The notes under the pieces are model-generated. The model saw nothing but the letters and a program-made list of their open reading frames with translations, ran no database searches and was not told the origin of the DNA. A stretch of 64,000 nucleotides of DNA. It comes from a virus. Every line of letters starts with the position of its first letter. The first letter of the stretch is position 1. Positions 60,196-64,000 of this stretch are shown here, in pieces. The translations under genes were made by a program, and so were the position numbers. The stretch lies in the IMG/VR virus record IMGVR_UViG_3300028800_002449; one strand, 5' to 3'.

Positions 60196-60573
60196 ATGTC
60201 TAAGCACCAGCTCGACGTTCTCTGGAACGTGTTCGGCTGGGTCGCCGCGATGCTCAACGTCGTCGGCAACCTTACGCTCGTCACCAAGAGCAAGATCGGA
60301 TGGGTCATCCGAATCATCGTCAACCTGTTGTGGATGCCCTACGGCATCTACACGTCTGCGTGGGCCCTCTGCGCCAACCACATGATGTTCGTCGGCATCA
60401 ACGCCTACGGGTGGTTGAAATGGACCCGCGACGAGAGACGCGAGGCGAGCATCGTCACGCCCGGCGAGACGCCGAAGACCAGCGCCCATGAGAAGTCTCG
60501 ACGGCTCGCCTACGTAGACGGGTTCAAAGCCGGACGCATCGCCGAGCGGAAGACTGAAAGAAAAAGGCGATGA
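60196..60573 (+). CDS. small 3-4 transmembrane membrane protein, possibly a PnuC-like (nicotinamide riboside transporter) half-unit
   Basis: W/N-rich transmembrane pattern VFGWVAAMLNVVGNLTLVTKSKIGWVIRIIVNLLW; weak resemblance only. Confidence 0.35.
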   Translation: MSKHQLDVLWNVFGWVAAMLNVVGNLTLVTKSKIGWVIRIIVNLLWMPYGIYTSAWALCANHMMFVGINAYGWLKWTRDERREASIVTPGETPKTSAHEKSRRLAYVDGFKAGRIAERKTERKRR

Positions 60574-62726
60574 AGACCGAGCAGGGTCGCGTCACCACCA
60601 TCAAGTGGACCGACAACGAGGGGAACATGATCGCCATCATGGAGCCCAACATCACCTTCAAGGGTTACCTACCAGGCGTCTCGGTCGGTCATGAGATCAA
60701 GATCATCGGGAAGGAAGTCACACACCCGAAGTTCGGCAAGCAGATCGAAGTCGAACAATACGACTTCCTCAGCCCCACTGAAGAGCAGATGGCCATCAAG
60801 GAGACGCTCGACTTCCTCCATGGCGAGCTGGGACTAAAGAAACGCGGCCAGAACATCTTCAAGCTCTACGGCACAGCTGCTAAGGAGATCATCAAGGCCA
60901 ACCCGTACCAGGTCGCCAGCGACGTCTCTCGCATCGGCTTCAAGATCGCCGACGAGATCGCGGAGAAGCTCGGCATCGTCGACGACCATCCACAGCGCAT
61001 CGAGGAGTGCGTCCTGCACTGCTTGCGTCAGGCCGCAGAAGTCGACGGACATGTGTTCGTCTCACGTGGCGGCCTCGTCCAACGGGTCATCAACTTCACA
61101 GCCTCCGAAGAGCACACGATCGATCTCGCAATCACGAAGCTCTGCGAGCCCTGGCTCGATCCGTGGAAGCAGGAGAAGCCGGGCAAGATCGTCATCGAAG
61201 AAGGCGACGGCGGCATGCAACGCTGCTACCTGCGCGACATGCATGAGGCCGAGAACGGCATCGTCACCGCAATCCAAGACCTGAAGCACACCGAGCCGTA
61301 CCATCGCTTCGAAGATCCTGACGCCGAGATATCGTGGTTCGAACACCTCGACCCTCAAGACGATCCGCTCAGCTTCGCCTCGGGCGGCATCAAGCTCTCA
61401 GACGAGCAGCGACAAGCGGTCAGGATGTCCCTCACCGAGAAGGTGCTCATCATCACCGGAGGCCCCGGCGTCGGCAAGACGACCATCATCAAGGCAATCT
61501 GCAAGATCGCGCGGCACACGAACAGGATCGCAGTTCTCTGTGCTCCTACGGGGCGAGCCGCCAAGCGCATGACCGAGTCGACCGGATATCCCGCAGCGAC
61601 CATCCACCGGACGCTCGAATACGATCCTCACATCAGTAAGTTCAAGATCGACGGCGACGACTCTTTCATCGAAAGCGACATCGTCATATGCGACGAAACA
61701 TCGATGGTCGACGTTCCGATCGCCTATGCCCTCACAAGGGCCGTCTCTCATGGAGCACGACTCGTCTTCGTCGGCGACGTCGATCAGCTGCCGCCCGTCG
61801 GCCCCGGGTGCTTCTTTCGCGACCTCATCGGGTCGGGCGTCGTCCCCGTCATGAGGCTGACGAAGATCTACCGTCAGAAGGAAGGCAGCCTCATCATCGA
61901 CGCGTCGAGGAGCATCCTCGCCAAGGAGATCCCGGCCTTCGCTCAGAAACCCGACGGCATGAGCGACCTCTTCTGCTTTCAGTACGGACGCGAAGATCGT
62001 GCAGCAGACCGCATCGTCGAGCTGGTCATGACCAAGATTCCTGAGATGTTCGGCATCGAGGGCAAAGACATCCAGATCATCGCGCCCATGCACAAAGGGC
62101 CGCTCGGCACCGACAACCTCAACCTGCTCATCCAGCGCGCTCTCCACGGTCGCAACCCCGACAAGGACGAGCCCCCCTTCTTCCTCGAAGACAGGGTCAT
62201 GCAGAACAAGAACAACTACGACGTCGGCGGGATGGGCCAGTCCGTCATGAACGGCGACATCGGTCGCGTCACTGGCGTCCGTCGCGGCAAGAAGGGACCG
62301 AACCTCGTCATCGAATATCCGGCACCCGGCGGCGTCATGAGCTGCCAGTACACGCCCCAAGAGCTTTCGGACCTCAGCTTGGGGTACGCCATCACAATCC
62401 ACAAGGCCCAGGGCTCACAGCAGAAGGCCATCATCCTGATCGCGTCGAACGGGATGGCTCCTCCCCGGTTCTACAACCGCAACATGCTCTACACCGCTCT
62501 CACGCGCGGTGAGAAGCTCGTCATCGCGATGACGCCGACGGGTCTCGCGGAGTTCCAGAAGATCATCGACACCGACGAACAGAGACGGAACACGCTCCTC
62601 GCTCAGAAGCTCGTCGCATGCGAGGGCCAACCTGTCGTCATGATGCCAGCGCCTCCCAAGAAGACTTCATACGATCCTGAGATCGACTTCGATCCGAATA
62701 CTCTCGACGATTCCTACGAGTTCTGA
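60570..62726 (+). CDS. RecD-like SF1 DNA helicase
   Basis: LIITGGPGVGKTT (Walker A), ICDETSMVD (Walker B), ITIHKAQGSQ (motif VI). Confidence 0.8.
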   Translation: MKTEQGRVTTIKWTDNEGNMIAIMEPNITFKGYLPGVSVGHEIKIIGKEVTHPKFGKQIEVEQYDFLSPTEEQMAIKETLDFLHGELGLKKRGQNIFKLYGTAAKEIIKANPYQVASDVSRIGFKIADEIAEKLGIVDDHPQRIEECVLHCLRQAAEVDGHVFVSRGGLVQRVINFTASEEHTIDLAITKLCEPWLDPWKQEKPGKIVIEEGDGGMQRCYLRDMHEAENGIVTAIQDLKHTEPYHRFEDPDAEISWFEHLDPQDDPLSFASGGIKLSDEQRQAVRMSLTEKVLIITGGPGVGKTTIIKAICKIARHTNRIAVLCAPTGRAAKRMTESTGYPAATIHRTLEYDPHISKFKIDGDDSFIESDIVICDETSMVDVPIAYALTRAVSHGARLVFVGDVDQLPPVGPGCFFRDLIGSGVVPVMRLTKIYRQKEGSLIIDASRSILAKEIPAFAQKPDGMSDLFCFQYGREDRAADRIVELVMTKIPEMFGIEGKDIQIIAPMHKGPLGTDNLNLLIQRALHGRNPDKDEPPFFLEDRVMQNKNNYDVGGMGQSVMNGDIGRVTGVRRGKKGPNLVIEYPAPGGVMSCQYTPQELSDLSLGYAITIHKAQGSQQKAIILIASNGMAPPRFYNRNMLYTALTRGEKLVIAMTPTGLAEFQKIIDTDEQRRNTLLAQKLVACEGQPVVMMPAPPKKTSYDPEIDFDPNTLDDSYEF

Positions 62727-62741
62727 ACCTGAGGAGAAGAC

Positions 62742-62966
62742 ATGACCGACACCATGCAGTTTTCGGCAGATTCAAACTTCGAAGCCATTGGCGCTAGCGC
62801 CTTCACCTTTCAAGCAAAGGGGAAGGTCATCGTCACTATCGACTACGACGGTAAAGTCACACTTGGAGAAAATCTCACGCTCGATGAAGCCTCGAAAGCC
62901 TTCTACGAAATCATCATCGAACTCTTCAAGCAGAACCCGCCCTCGACGAAGATTTCTCAGACATGA
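62742..62966 (+). CDS. hypothetical protein (74 aa)
   Basis: ORF track. Confidence 0.4.
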   Translation: MTDTMQFSADSNFEAIGASAFTFQAKGKVIVTIDYDGKVTLGENLTLDEASKAFYEIIIELFKQNPPSTKISQT

Positions 62967-63319
62967 GCATCGACCTCGGCAAGCGACTGATGGACTGCAC
63001 CCTCGGCGAGTACATCGCCGCCGAGCGCACGATCGGCATCCTCTCGGGGTGGGCCATCGCGCTCTTCACGGTGCTGTTGGCCGGTATCGGGCGGTACTTC
63101 TACAAGAAGTGGAAGAAGACCCAACCAGAAGAAAGCTTGTACAAGGCCAACCTCGATCACGCTCGCCGCATGAACAGCGGAGAGCGCGTTTGCAAGCGCT
63201 ACTCGCCTCAAGGAGAGTATCTCTGCACGCTTCTCTTCAGACATCCAGGAGTACACGCTGCACATGATCACACCGGCGATGTCGTTCTTACTTGGGACCG
63301 GTCACCAGAAGAGCCATAG
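62963..63319 (+). CDS. membrane protein (118 aa)
   Basis: Transmembrane segment ILSGWAIALFTVLLAGIGRYFY. Confidence 0.45.
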   Translation: MSIDLGKRLMDCTLGEYIAAERTIGILSGWAIALFTVLLAGIGRYFYKKWKKTQPEESLYKANLDHARRMNSGERVCKRYSPQGEYLCTLLFRHPGVHAAHDHTGDVVLTWDRSPEEP

Positions 63320-63328
63320 TTCTCCTCC

Positions 63329-64000
63329 ATGGCTGAGGTCAACCCCGACGGCCTGATCAAGCAGATCAAGCAGCGCCGCGACTTCCTCGAACCCCTCACC
63401 AGCGAGGTCAAGAGGAAACCCTTCGTCGTCTTCGACATCGAGTCGAAGAGGAACGACACGCAGGAACCGGGCTTCACCCGACCCTTCATGGTCGGCTTCT
63501 ACGACGGCAAGAAATTCACGTCGTTCTACAACGACGACAACGTTCAGAGCCTCCCCTGGTACGAACGGGCCTACGCTCGCGGCGGATGCATCGACAAGCT
63601 GATGCGCCATCTCCTGGGACAACAGGAGGACAACCGATACAACTTCCAGTATCGCGACCACGACGTCTACGCACACAACCTCGGCGCGTTCGACGGTCTC
63701 TTCCTCCCCGCCTGGCTGGAGAAGAACAACAAGTGGACCTCCTACAAGGTCATGCCTGTCCAGAGCCGCATCCAGACGATCGAGACCTGGCGATACACGC
63801 CTTCCCGCCCTCGACGGAACAAGGAGGAACGCAAGAAGGCTGATCAACGCGACAGGAAGATGGGCGTGCTCCGCTTCCTCGACTCCTTCAGGGTCATGCC
63901 CATCTCGCTCGACAAGGTCATCAAGATGTTCAAGCTCCGCGAAGGCGGACAGGGAAAGCTTGAGATCGACATGAACATCCCCGAGTGGGATCGAGAGAAG
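63329..64000 (+). CDS. DNA polymerase, N-terminal 3'-5' exonuclease domain (partial; continues beyond the window)
   Basis: VVFDIESK (Exo I), YAHNLGAFDGLFL (Exo II); no stop before the window end. Confidence 0.55.
   Translation, partial: MAEVNPDGLIKQIKQRRDFLEPLTSEVKRKPFVVFDIESKRNDTQEPGFTRPFMVGFYDGKKFTSFYNDDNVQSLPWYERAYARGGCIDKLMRHLLGQQEDNRYNFQYRDHDVYAHNLGAFDGLFLPAWLEKNNKWTSYKVMPVQSRIQTIETWRYTPSRPRRNKEERKKADQRDRKMGVLRFLDSFRVMPISLDKVIKMFKLREGGQGKLEIDMNIPEWDREK

Noticed and set aside
1-64000. CRISPR array, integrase/attachment site, rRNA genes
   Set aside because: No array of regular direct repeats, no tyrosine or serine recombinase motifs, and no rRNA-like sequence were seen.

Overview
GC-rich (~60-65% GC) double-stranded phage-like genome segment, probably from a large or jumbo phage of a high-GC host. 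It reads as three blocks. (1) 1-10.6 kb: small genes on both strands, including a 631-aa protein with a C-terminal vWA/MIDAS domain that may be Ro60/TROVE-like, and three tandem paralogous J-domain proteins. (2) 10.6-21.8 kb: a minus-strand array of about 36 tRNA genes plus a complete tmRNA (ssrA). Interleaved with the tRNAs are mini Zn-ribbon ORFs, a TrpC-like barrel protein, a secreted thaumatin-like protein, an HExxH protein, an AT-rich HNH homing-endonuclease insertion and two unexplained structured GC-rich gaps. (3) 22-35 kb, plus strand: an NAD+ salvage/reconstitution island containing a NUDIX hydrolase, NadV/NAMPT, a PncC/CinA-like-NMNAT fusion, a 761-aa unknown protein, a TrpF-like barrel, a CoaD-like nucleotidyltransferase and an HD hydrolase. 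This is followed by a minus-strand block of regulators and a Dam methyltransferase (35-44.5 kb), and after a divergent promoter region a plus-strand replication module (Snf2 helicase, 3'-5' exonuclease, ParB-like, MazG, P-loop NTPase, RecD-like helicase, start of a DNA polymerase). A phage-specific promoter motif (T-rich ...TTGCYTAAGATA) recurs at operon starts. Coordinates of RNA genes and re-called starts were worked out by hand and may be off by 1-2 nt. No CRISPR array, rRNA or integrase was seen.
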